In this document: positions 18,370 through 27,916 of the stretch, piece after piece
Position numbering within the stretch: the first letter of the stretch is position 1
Layout: every line of letters starts with the position of its first letter
The notes under the pieces: generated by a model
What the model was told of the DNA's origin: nothing
The model's database searches: none
Seen by the model: only the letters and a program-made list of their open reading frames with translations
Position numbers and translations under genes: made by a program
Assembly (NCBI GenBank): GCA_050953065.1
Contig: JBMNLZ010000001.1
Location: 1 to 64,000 of the forward strand
Direction of reading: 5' to 3'
DNA from: Bacilli bacterium
GTDB taxonomy: Bacteria > Bacillota_I > Bacilli_A > ML615J-28 > CAG-698
Length of the DNA: 64,000 bases

Positions 18370-18684
18370 AACGACGATTGGCTGATCTCTCCGCCGATGA
18401 TCGCGACCGCAAGTCAGTTCCTGAACTTCTACGCGAGGTCCTACAGCGATGCTTACGGCCTGGAACGCTTCAAGGTGGGTATTTCCACTGGCGGCACTGC
18501 CCCCGCGGACTTCACCATCATCAGCGGCCCCAGCTACATCCAGGCGCCCATCGAATGGACACTGTACAGCTATGACCTCAGCGCTTACGCTGGCCAGAAC
18601 ATCCGCTTCGCCATCCAGTGCGTTTCCGACGACGCCTTCTACTTCGTGGTGGACGATGTGAGCGTGGGCCCCGTTCCTACAGCC
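18370..18684 (+). other. Fragment of a cleaved-adhesin/choice-of-anchor-J domain; foreign chimeric segment
   Basis: NDDWLISP..FYARS..ERFKVGIS..W..YSYDLSAYAGQNIRFAI..DDV; abrupt switch to C-ending codons. Confidence 0.7.
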
Positions 18685-18962
18685 AAGGAAATTTCCTGGG
18701 CGTTTCATCCGTTGCGGCCGGACCATCACGGGCTACATCTGGGCTTTGTGGTTTCGGGGGTATTGTGTCTGGTGCTGGGCGGAATGGGTTGGGTGCAAGA
18801 AGAGCACGGGGCGGCAGAGGAGGCGGATGCCGGTTTGTTTCGTCCGACAGTCCCGCCAAACCGTCGCGAGGCACGTTGGCTTTTTGGGGTGTCTGGTGTT
18901 CTGGGCGGCTTGGGATTGTGGACGGGGGCTTCGGTGCAATTGCTGGGCTTGGGACTGGTGGC
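18685..18962 (+). other. Unidentified G/T-rich fragment, possibly from a membrane protein gene
   Basis: Composition differs from both neighbours; hydrophobic translation without a recognisable motif. Confidence 0.35.
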
Positions 18963-20970
18963 GATTGGCAGAAAAAGGTAAATTAACAGAAGAAATAAAA
19001 GCGGCAATTATTGCATCTAATAAATTGGCTGAATTAGAAGATATTTATAGACCATATAAAGAAAAGAAAAAAACAAGAGCAATTGATGCTAAAAATAAAG
19101 GTTTAGAACCTTTGGCAGAATATTTACTTTCTTTTCCAATAGAAGGCGATGTTTTAGTAGAAGCTGCTAAATACATTACACAAGATCTTGAAAATACCGA
19201 TAAAGCTTTAATTGTAGCATCTGCTGAAGAGGCATTACAAGGTGCGCAAGATATTATTGCTGAAATAGTTTCAGATAATGCAAAATATCGCAAATGGATT
19301 CGTGGTTTGTTTGAAAGAGAAGGAATTTTAACTGCGAGTGTTAGGGATGAGTCTCTTGATGAAAAAAAGACTTTTGATATGTATTATGACTATTCAGAAC
19401 CGATTGATCAAATTAAATTACATAGAGTATTAGCTATTAATAGGGGGGGAATCTGAAAAAAGTTATTAAAGTTTTCAATTGAAGTAGATCAAGATAGAGT
19501 GTTTTAGATTTTTTAGGACGTCAATTTTATCAAAGATGAGTCTTCAGTTGCAACTCCTTATGTTCTTTTAGCAATAGAAGATGCGTATAAGCGTTTTAAT
19601 AAAAACCATCTATTGAAAGAGAAGTAAGAGCAGATTTAAAAGAATTGGCCGAAGATCAAGCGATTAAGGTTTTTGCTGCTAACTTAAAAAAGTTATTTGT
19701 TAACACCACCTATGAAAGGGAAAGTTGTTTTTAGGTGTTTGACCCTGCTTATAGAAACTGGTTGTAAGTTGGCTGTAGTTGATGAAAACTGGTAAAGTTT
19801 TTAGAAAAAGGGGAAAAATTTTCCCTAATCAAAAAAACAAAAAGAATCAGAGGCAACATCTGAAGAAGTAGAAACTTTCAGAAAAAGAAAATTATTAGGC
19901 TTATAAATAAAATACAATATTGAAGTTTATTGCGATTGGAAATGGAACTGCAAGTAGAGAAAACTGAAAGTTTTCATAGCTGATGTAATGAAAAAAAATT
20001 GATAAAAAAGGTAAGTTATATAATTGTTAATGAAGCAGGAGCTTCAATTTATTCAGCCAGCGATATTGCTCGTGAAGAATTCCCTGATTATAGTGTTGAA
20101 GAAAGATCTGCAGTTTCAATTGCAAGAAGGCTTCAAGATCCACTTAGTGAACTTGTTAAAATTGATCCAAAATCAATTGGTGTTGGTCAATATCAATATG
20201 ATGTTTCCCAATCTAAATTAAGTGATTCACTAGATTTTGTTGTTTCAACTGCTGTTAACAGTGTTGGTGTCAATATAAATACTGCTTCAGTTTCATTATT
20301 GCAAAGAGTGGCGGGATTAAACGCAAAAACTGCTAAACTAATTGTTAATCATAGAGATGAACAAGGAGCATTTAAAAATCGTCAAAGTATCGATATTAAG
20401 GGGATTGGTCCTAAAACTTTAGAGCAAGCAATTGGTTTTTTAAGAATAAATGATGGCGATGAAAAATTAGATATGACTGCAATTCATCCTGAAAGTTATA
20501 AAATTGCAGAAGCAATTCTTAAAAAAATTGGCTTTACAAAAAATGATTTAGGTACTCAAGAACTAACAAACGCTATTAAAAATGTAAATCGCAAAGAATT
20601 AATGAAAAATCTAGGCCTAGAAGTTGGTGAATATACATTCAATGATATTTTAGATGATTTAATGGCACCATTAAGAGACCCAAGAGATACATTTGAAAAA
20701 CCATTACTTAGAAGTGATGTTTTAAAACTAGAAGATTTAAAACCTGGAATGGAACTACAAGGTGTAGTTAGAAATATTGTAGATTTTGGTGCATTTATTG
20801 ATTGTGGTGTTAAAGAAGATGGACTAGTGCATATTTCAAAAATTTGTAAAGGCTTTATTAAGCATCCACTAGATAAATTATCAGTTGGTCAAATTGTAAA
20901 GGTTTGGGTAGTATCTGTTAATACTATGAAAGGTCATTTAGAATTAAGTATGCTTGGTAAAGATGAATAA
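18963..20970 (+). CDS. tex: Tex-family transcription accessory protein (S1 domain), 5'-truncated, with many homopolymer frameshifts at 19440-20000
   Basis: ELEDIYRPYKEKKKTRA, HRVLAINRGE, D-P-A-Y-R-T-G-C-K and IAIGNGTASRE across shifted frames, VNEAGASIYSAS, ARRLQDPLSELVKIDPKSIGVGQYQ, S1 domain. Confidence 0.9.
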
Positions 20971-20980
20971 AATGTAACTA

Positions 20981-21013
20981 AAAAACTCTAGATACCAATG
21001 TACTAGAGTTTTT
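20981..21013 (+). terminator. Intrinsic terminator after tex
   Basis: AAAAACTCTAG...CTAGAGTTTTT. Confidence 0.75.
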
Positions 21014-21068
21014 ATATGCAAATCATTAATAATGTGATACAATATTCTAAGGAATGGAAGGTATAATT

Positions 21069-21793
21069 ATGAGTGATAATTTGGCGGTAAAAAAAATTAT
21101 AGAAGCTATTCAACAAGAAGAAATTGTTGAAGCATGCTATATAAAAGAAAATCAAGATGATAAAATAGTCATGTATGCCGTTATAAATCAAAAAGAATTC
21201 AAGCAATACTTAGATAAAAGAACTCAATATTTAGAAACTTATAATTACATACTATATCAAGATGATTCTGATGAAAATGGAATTTTTTTGTGTATTTGAT
21301 GATGGAGTTTGTTTTGAATTAAAACATATTTTTTTAGAACAAGTAAAAAATTTAAGCGATTGTAAAAAAATATTTGACAGATATGAACAATTTTTAGAAA
21401 CTCCAGAAAGCACAGTTGACAAAAACAAACTAATAGCGGAAAAAATCAATTTGTTTTCATATCGTATTTATGAGATGACTATATTTTATAAACTTAAAGA
21501 TATGATATTATTTAATCTTAAAAAAATAGAAGTTTTAGGTTTATTAGCAGATTTTTATTATATAAAAGATTGTGAAACTAACGATTTTAAAAAAAATAGT
21601 TATGTAAATTTAAATAAAGATATTAAATTTATACTTGATAAATTAATAAAATCAAATGAAATTATTAAAGATTTTAATTATTTTTTTAATTAAATTTGAA
21701 AAAGAGCTTATGCAATTGCCAATTTCTATTTTTTCACATATAAATATGGATTTTTTTAAATTTGTTAAAAAAGAATTTACTAATTTATTATAG
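21069..21793 (+). CDS. Single hypothetical protein split by homopolymer frameshifts; possible degenerate nucleotidyltransferase fold
   Basis: ORFs 21054-21299 and 21262-21693 join at a T-run near 21283; a plausible tail IKFEKELMQLP..EFTNLL* continues past further T-runs to TAG 21791-93. Confidence 0.55.
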
Positions 21794-21801
21794 GTGAAGT
21801 T

Positions 21802-22707
21802 ATGTTAAATGTTTTTATAATTAATCCAACGGCTGGAAAAAAAGATATATCTTTAGACTTGAGTCAAAAAATATTAGAAGTAGATAAAGATGCAATCATC
21901 CATATTACTTCAGAAAAATTAGATGCTACTAATTTTGTAAGGAATTTTTGCTTGAATAATGTAGATAAAAAAATAAAATTTTTTGCTTGCGGTGGCGATG
22001 GTACTTTGCACGAAGTAGTTAATGGTGTTTTCGGCTTTGATAATGCTTCGGTTGGTTGTTTTCCGTGTGGTTCTGGTAATGATTTTTTGAAAATCTATAA
22101 AAACCGCGATTTTACAAACATTAAAAATCTAATCAATGGAGAAGAAATATTAATTGATTTACTTGCCTATAACGGTAATTATTGTGTGAATGTTTTTAAT
22201 ATTGGTTTTGATGCAGATGTTGCTTATAATATGATAAAATTTAAAAAGAAACCATTTATTGGCGGACCAATGGCTTATAATGCTGCAGTTGTTTATAGTT
22301 TGCTTAAAAAAACAAAACATAAGGTAAAAGTTTTTATAGATGATAAAGAATTTTTTAAAGGAGAGATTTTACTTTGCGCTGTATCTAATGGGATTTGTTA
22401 TGGCGGTGGATATTATTGCACACCTATAGCTAGACCAGATGATGGTATTTTAGACATTTGTTTGGTTAAAAAAGTTTCTAGATTTACTTTGCTTAAATTA
22501 ATAAAAAAATATAAAAAAGGTCAACATATTAATAATCCTAAATTTGAAAAAATGATTTACTATGTAAAAGCTAAAAAAATTAAATTCTTATGTGAAAATG
22601 AAACTAGTTTTTCAGTTGATGGTGAGGTTTTTCAAACTAAAGAAATAGAATTAAATATAGTACCTCAAAAAATAAAGTTTATATTGCCGGAGGGAAATAA
22701 TGCTTGA
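21802..22707 (+). CDS. Diacylglycerol kinase family (YegS/DagK-like) lipid kinase
   Basis: IINPTAGK, ACGGDGTLHEVVNG, PCGSGNDF, YGGG, DDGILD, VDGE. Confidence 0.92.
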   Translation: MLNVFIINPTAGKKDISLDLSQKILEVDKDAIIHITSEKLDATNFVRNFCLNNVDKKIKFFACGGDGTLHEVVNGVFGFDNASVGCFPCGSGNDFLKIYKNRDFTNIKNLINGEEILIDLLAYNGNYCVNVFNIGFDADVAYNMIKFKKKPFIGGPMAYNAAVVYSLLKKTKHKVKVFIDDKEFFKGEILLCAVSNGICYGGGYYCTPIARPDDGILDICLVKKVSRFTLLKLIKKYKKGQHINNPKFEKMIYYVKAKKIKFLCENETSFSVDGEVFQTKEIELNIVPQKIKFILPEGNNA

Positions 22708-23032
22708 GAATTTTGAAGATTATGAAATAGTTGAATCAATGCGTGGTGGCGAAGGTAAAGTAAAAATAGAAAAAGCAAAAAATATTCCAAAAAATATTAT
22801 TACTTACGCACGGCTTACATTATATCCAGGAAGTTCAATTGGCTTTCATGAACATGTTGGTGATGAAGAAATAGTTTTTGTTTTAAGTGGTAAAGGGCAA
22901 TTGATTACCAAAAATAAAACAGTTCATATTTCAGAAGAACAAATTAATACTTGTTTAGAGCATGAATATCATAGTATTAAAAATAATTCTAATGAGAATT
23001 TGGTTTTATTGGCAGTTATTACTAAGTGTTAG
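22700..23032 (+). CDS. Cupin domain protein
   Basis: MRGGEG, PGSSIGFHEH..DEE..VLSGKG, HSIKN. Confidence 0.85.
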   Translation: MLENFEDYEIVESMRGGEGKVKIEKAKNIPKNIITYARLTLYPGSSIGFHEHVGDEEIVFVLSGKGQLITKNKTVHISEEQINTCLEHEYHSIKNNSNENLVLLAVITKC

Positions 23033-23162
23033 TTATTTTGGCGTTTAAAGGGCTAAATTCGGGCTTAAATCGTTTTGTTGGAAGTTAATCTATAAATGTG
23101 TGAATGCATATAAAGGCCTTTTTAAAGCAAAAAAGCTCTTAAAAAAGGTTCGTATTTAAAAA

Positions 23163-23191
23163 TTGACAGTTTTTCAACTTGGTGTTATAAT
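23163..23191 (+). promoter_or_regulatory. Sigma-70/A promoter
   Basis: TTGACA-17-TATAAT with extended TG. Confidence 0.8.
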
Positions 23192-23221
23192 GTGAATACT
23201 ATCAAAGAAAAGGACAAAAAA

Positions 23222-25054
23222 ATGGGTTTATTAAAAAATAAAACTGTAAAAATAATTGGCTTAATTTTATGGGATATATTATCAATAGTTTTTACTTTTT
23301 TTATTGTATTGTATATAGCAGACGGTAAAAATATTTTTTCATATCCTCTGGCCATTGTTTATTTGGTCTTGGTAAAAATAGCACTTTATGTATTATTAAA
23401 ATTATACAATGTTATTTTGGATTATATTGGAATAAAGGAGTTTATTTTAATTGTTTTTGGTGTAGTCCTTTCATCAATCATAGTTTTTTTAGGTATTAGA
23501 ATAGTAAAAAATATTTTATCAGTAAGACTTTTTATTTTATTAATACCGATGGAAATTTGTTTGTTATCACTGGGAAGATTTTTTAAACGAATCATAGAAA
23601 CTGCTAAAACTGTTGAAAACTTAAATCCAAATGTTTCTAGAAAAGATATTAATACTTTAATTATAGGAGCAGGTAGTGGTGGGAAGTTGGTTTTAGATGA
23701 AGTAAATAAGAATCCAACGTTATTTAATAAAATTTTAGCTTTTGTGGATGATGATCCCAATAAGTTCCACCAAAGATTAAATGGAGTTCAAATTTTAGGA
23801 CCTATTTCTGAAATTCATAGTTATATTGATAAATATCAAATTAAAGAAGTTATTATAGGAATTGCAAATTTAGAGTGGCAACGTTTAAAAGAAATAATAG
23901 AATTGGTTTCTCAAAAAGATGTTAAAATAAAAAGATTACCTTTGATGACTGAAATGAAAGGTGATAGTCATAGAAAAATCGTTGATGTTGATGTTACTTA
24001 TCTTTTAAATAGAGGTGTAATTACTCTAGATAATGAAGGAATTGAAGCGTTTATACATGGAAAAAATATTTTAGTAACTGGGGCTGGTGGCTCAATTGGT
24101 TCTGAATTATGTGAGCAAATTCTTAATTATGAGCCAAAAAACTTGATTATGTTTGACATTTATGAAAATACTACTTATGAAACTCAAGTTAATTTGAAAA
24201 AAAGAATAACAGTAGAGAATAAAAAAACTATTTTAACTGTCTTAATTGGAAGTGTTTATAATGAAATTACTGTAGAGAATTTATTTAAAAATTCTAAACC
24301 TGACATTGTTTTTCACGCTTCGGCTTATAAGCATGTTCCTTTAATGGAAGATACTCCTAATGAAGCAGTTAGGACTAATGTTATAGGAACATATAATGTA
24401 GCAAAGTTTGCTCATAAATATAATGTTGAAAAAATGGTTTTAGTATCATCTGATAAAGCTGTTAGACCAACTAATATAATGGGAGCCACAAAAGCTGTTT
24501 GTGAGAAAATTGTACAATATTTTGATAGTATTAGTAAAACTAACTATAGTGCAGTTCGTTTCGGGAATGTTTTAGGAAGTCACGGTAGTGTTGTTCCATT
24601 ATTTAAAAAACAAATTGAAGATGGTGGACCTGTCACAATTACAGATCCTGAGATTACTAGATATTTTATGACAATTTCAGAAGCAGTTAGTTTGATTTTA
24701 CAATCGGGAGTTTATGCTAAAGGTGGAGAAATTTTTGTGCTAGATATGGGGGAACCTGTTAAAATTATTGATTTAGCAACTAGAATGATAGAATCTGCAG
24801 GTTATAGACCTGGTATTGATATTAAAATAGAAATTATAGGTTTAAGGCCTGGCGAAAAAAAATATGAGGAATTATTAGTAGATAAAGAAAAACATATCAA
24901 AACAGCAAATGATAAAATCTTTGTTGAAGAGAAATCTAAAATCGAAGACGTAGAAGGTTTTATTAAAATTGCAAAAGAAAATGTAGATAAAATGACTAAT
25001 GATGAAATAAAAGAGTTAGTAAGATCTTTAATCACTAGTTATCATAAAGAGTAA
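23222..25054 (+). CDS. Membrane-bound nucleoside-diphosphate sugar 4,6-dehydratase (CapD/PglF family)
   Basis: Four N-terminal TM helices, GAGSGG, VTGAGGSIGSE, HASAYKHVP, SSDKAVRP, VRFGNVLGS, TRYFMTI. Confidence 0.92.
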   Translation: MGLLKNKTVKIIGLILWDILSIVFTFFIVLYIADGKNIFSYPLAIVYLVLVKIALYVLLKLYNVILDYIGIKEFILIVFGVVLSSIIVFLGIRIVKNILSVRLFILLIPMEICLLSLGRFFKRIIETAKTVENLNPNVSRKDINTLIIGAGSGGKLVLDEVNKNPTLFNKILAFVDDDPNKFHQRLNGVQILGPISEIHSYIDKYQIKEVIIGIANLEWQRLKEIIELVSQKDVKIKRLPLMTEMKGDSHRKIVDVDVTYLLNRGVITLDNEGIEAFIHGKNILVTGAGGSIGSELCEQILNYEPKNLIMFDIYENTTYETQVNLKKRITVENKKTILTVLIGSVYNEITVENLFKNSKPDIVFHASAYKHVPLMEDTPNEAVRTNVIGTYNVAKFAHKYNVEKMVLVSSDKAVRPTNIMGATKAVCEKIVQYFDSISKTNYSAVRFGNVLGSHGSVVPLFKKQIEDGGPVTITDPEITRYFMTISEAVSLILQSGVYAKGGEIFVLDMGEPVKIIDLATRMIESAGYRPGIDIKIEIIGLRPGEKKYEELLVDKEKHIKTANDKIFVEEKSKIEDVEGFIKIAKENVDKMTNDEIKELVRSLITSYHKE

Positions 25055-25058
25055 TGGT

Positions 25059-26408
25059 ATGAAAAATAAATTAGACTTATTTTTCAATAGTTACTTTTTT
25101 ATTGGAATTACTTTTTTTATAGCTGTTTTAAATTGGGCTTTAGGTACTTATTATATTGCTTTTCCATATTTTATAATTTCTATTATATTAATAATTGTAT
25201 TTGATATTAGAAGAATTAATTTAGTTGCAATTGTTTTTGCTGCAATTATAAGTTTTATTTTTTCAAGTATGAAAGATAATGTGATATTTGTTACAATAGG
25301 TGGCGTAATAATAACACCTTTTGTGGTTTATGATATTTATAAACAAAAGGCTGATTTTAAAAATCCTATATTAATAGCGATGTTTATAGTTTTTCTTTCA
25401 ATTTTATGTTCTGCAAGGTTTGCTATTGAAGCATCTTATGCAGTAATTGGAATTGCTCAATATCTTTGTTATTTATTCTTTTTTTGTTATGCACTGATTG
25501 TTAGCCGTGGTGATAGGAAATATAATCAAGAATATATCGCAAAAAACATGGTTTTTTTAGGAATAGCAATTGCAATTGAAATTTTTATTTTTGCTTTTAG
25601 AATTGGTGATTTGAGTTTTATTCAAGAAAAAAATATTCAACTTGGTTGGGGTTTTTCTAACTCAGTATCATTTATTTATCTTATAATTACATTTTTTACT
25701 TTATATTTATATGTACTTAATCAAAAAAAATGGTATTTACTATTATTTATGGTTCTATATTTTTATATGATTGTTATAATGCAATCAAGAAGTGTTTGGG
25801 GGATTGGACTAATTGTTGCTTTGCCTACACTTATTTGGTTAGTATATAAATCAAAAAATAGAAAAAAAACAGGTTTAATTATTGGTTGCTCTGTAGGGAC
25901 AGCTGTTTTAATTAGTATTGGTTTGATTTTGTTTACAGATTTATTTGCTATGATAAATGCTAAATATGATGTTAGTGATTTACTTAATTTAAAAGACAGG
26001 ATGCCAATTTATTATAAAGGAATGGAAGTATTTTTAAGATATCCAATATATGGAGCAGGAGTATTCACATCAGCTTATTATTTAAATCCTGGAGGATTAA
26101 GTATTGCACCTACTTATATATTATTAAATAATTATCATAATTACTTAATTCATACTCTTGCTACAACTGGCTTTGTTGGTTTGTGGGCATTTTTATATTG
26201 GCTTCATTGTACATTTAAAAAATTACTTGTAAAAGATGATTTCAACATAATAGTTTTGTTCATTATGTTTTGCATGCTTTTAAATGGTTTAGTCTCAACG
26301 ACTTTTTATGAACCAATAATAATGTTAATTATGTTGGTCGTTTGGGCAAATATAACAGAAGTTTCGCAAGAATCAAAACCGGTTCTTGAATCTATAGTTC
26401 TTTATTAA
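25059..26408 (+). CDS. O-antigen ligase/polymerase-like polytopic membrane protein
   Basis: Many TM helices, QSRS, R..IY..G...F..YPIYGAG, YHNYLIH.LATTGFVG (Wzy_C pattern). Confidence 0.8.
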   Translation: MKNKLDLFFNSYFFIGITFFIAVLNWALGTYYIAFPYFIISIILIIVFDIRRINLVAIVFAAIISFIFSSMKDNVIFVTIGGVIITPFVVYDIYKQKADFKNPILIAMFIVFLSILCSARFAIEASYAVIGIAQYLCYLFFFCYALIVSRGDRKYNQEYIAKNMVFLGIAIAIEIFIFAFRIGDLSFIQEKNIQLGWGFSNSVSFIYLIITFFTLYLYVLNQKKWYLLLFMVLYFYMIVIMQSRSVWGIGLIVALPTLIWLVYKSKNRKKTGLIIGCSVGTAVLISIGLILFTDLFAMINAKYDVSDLLNLKDRMPIYYKGMEVFLRYPIYGAGVFTSAYYLNPGGLSIAPTYILLNNYHNYLIHTLATTGFVGLWAFLYWLHCTFKKLLVKDDFNIIVLFIMFCMLLNGLVSTTFYEPIIMLIMLVVWANITEVSQESKPVLESIVLY

Positions 26409-26433
26409 TTCACCTATTAAAGGGTGAATTTTT
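26407..26433 (+). terminator. Intrinsic terminator
   Basis: AATTCACC...GGTGAATT followed by T-run. Confidence 0.65.
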
Positions 26434-26525
26434 AAAAATGTTAATGATAATCATTTTAGATTAATATTGTTTTTTTAAAATTTAAATGTTATAATAAGAA
26501 GAAATTTTCAAATTTGGGGGTTAAA

Positions 26526-27872
26526 ATGTTCAAAAGTCAATATTTGAATGAAGTTTTTAATAATTTGAGTTTAAGAAATGCTCATGAAAAAGAGTTTTTA
26601 CAAGCAGTTGAAGAATTCTTAGAGTCAATCGATTTAATAATCGATCAATATCCGAATATCCAAAAACATGGTATCATTGAAAGAATAGTAGAACCTGAAA
26701 GAATGATTTCTTTTAGAGTGCCATGGGTTGATGATAATGGTAAAGTACAAGTTAATAGAGGTTATAGATGTCAGTTTAATAGTGCAATTGGTCCTTACAA
26801 AGGTGGATGTAGATTTCATCCAAGTGTAAATCAATCTATTATCAAATTTTTAGGCTTTGAACAAATGTTTAAAAATAGCCTTACAACTCTTCCTATGGGG
26901 GGTGGAAAAGGCGGTGCTGACTTTAATCCAACAGGAAGATCAGATAATGAAATTATGAGATTTTGTCATAGTTTTATGGCAGAGTTATATCGTCATATTG
27001 GTTCTGATATTGATGTCCCTGCTGGTGATATAGGTGTTGGAGCAAGAGAAGTAGGTTTCTTGTACGGATATTACCGCAAACTTAAGAATGAATGGACAGA
27101 AACTTTTACTGGTAAAGGCCTAACTTATGGCGGATCTTTAGCAAGGAAAGAAGCAACAGGATATGGGCTTTGTTATTTTGTTGAAGAAATGCTAAAAGTT
27201 ATGAAGAACGATTCATTTAAAGGCAAAAAAGTAGTTATTTCTGGAGCGGGGAATGTCGCCACATATGCTGCCTATAAATGCAGTGAATTAGGTGGAAAAG
27301 TTATAGCTATGAATGATTCTAAAGGATATATTTATGATGAGGCTGGTATTGATATAGATTTTGTTAAAGAGATAAAAGAAGGAAAAAGATTATCTCTTGA
27401 TCAATATTTGACTAAATATCCTAAAGCAAAGTATGGTGATGTTAGAACTGACATTTGGAAAATTAAATGTGATATAGCCTTACCTTGCGCCACACAAAAT
27501 GAATTAGATTTAGAAAGTGCACAAGCTTTAGTTGCCAATAAAGTTATGGTAGTTGCAGAAGGTGCTAATATGCCAACAACTTTAGAAGCAACAAAATATC
27601 TTCAAGAAAATAAGGTGTTATTTGCACCTGGTAAAGCAGCTAATGCTGGCGGTGTTGCTACTTCAGGTCTTGAAATGACTCAAAATGCAATGCGTTTAAG
27701 TTGGTCTTTTGAAGAAGTAGATGAAAAACTAAAAGGTATTATGATTAATATCTTTGAAAATACTTATAAAGCATCTGAAAAATGTGGGCAAAAAGGAAAC
27801 CTAGTTTTAGGTGCTAATATAGCAGGTTTCTTAAAAATCTGTGATGCGATGATCGCACAAGGAGTTATCTAA
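26526..27872 (+). CDS. gdhA: NADP-specific glutamate dehydrogenase
   Basis: GPYKGG.RFHPSVN, LPMGGGKGG, DVPAGDIGVG, EATGYG, PCATQNE, PGKAANAGGVA. Confidence 0.95.
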   Translation: MFKSQYLNEVFNNLSLRNAHEKEFLQAVEEFLESIDLIIDQYPNIQKHGIIERIVEPERMISFRVPWVDDNGKVQVNRGYRCQFNSAIGPYKGGCRFHPSVNQSIIKFLGFEQMFKNSLTTLPMGGGKGGADFNPTGRSDNEIMRFCHSFMAELYRHIGSDIDVPAGDIGVGAREVGFLYGYYRKLKNEWTETFTGKGLTYGGSLARKEATGYGLCYFVEEMLKVMKNDSFKGKKVVISGAGNVATYAAYKCSELGGKVIAMNDSKGYIYDEAGIDIDFVKEIKEGKRLSLDQYLTKYPKAKYGDVRTDIWKIKCDIALPCATQNELDLESAQALVANKVMVVAEGANMPTTLEATKYLQENKVLFAPGKAANAGGVATSGLEMTQNAMRLSWSFEEVDEKLKGIMINIFENTYKASEKCGQKGNLVLGANIAGFLKICDAMIAQGVI

Positions 27873-27916
27873 GGAAGGAGAAAATAAATTTTTTAAAAAA
27901 GTTTATTTTATAAAAT

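Noticed and set aside
17542-18981. 479-aa ORF as a novel PPC-adhesin-membrane multidomain protein
   Set aside because: Codon and composition style change abruptly at domain borders, there is no signal peptide or native start, and both flanking genes are truncated; best explained as joined fragments
19440-20000. Programmed frameshifting or true pseudogenisation of tex
   Set aside because: Shifts are numerous and fall mostly in homopolymer runs while the protein motifs stay intact, which is typical of low-coverage long-read error
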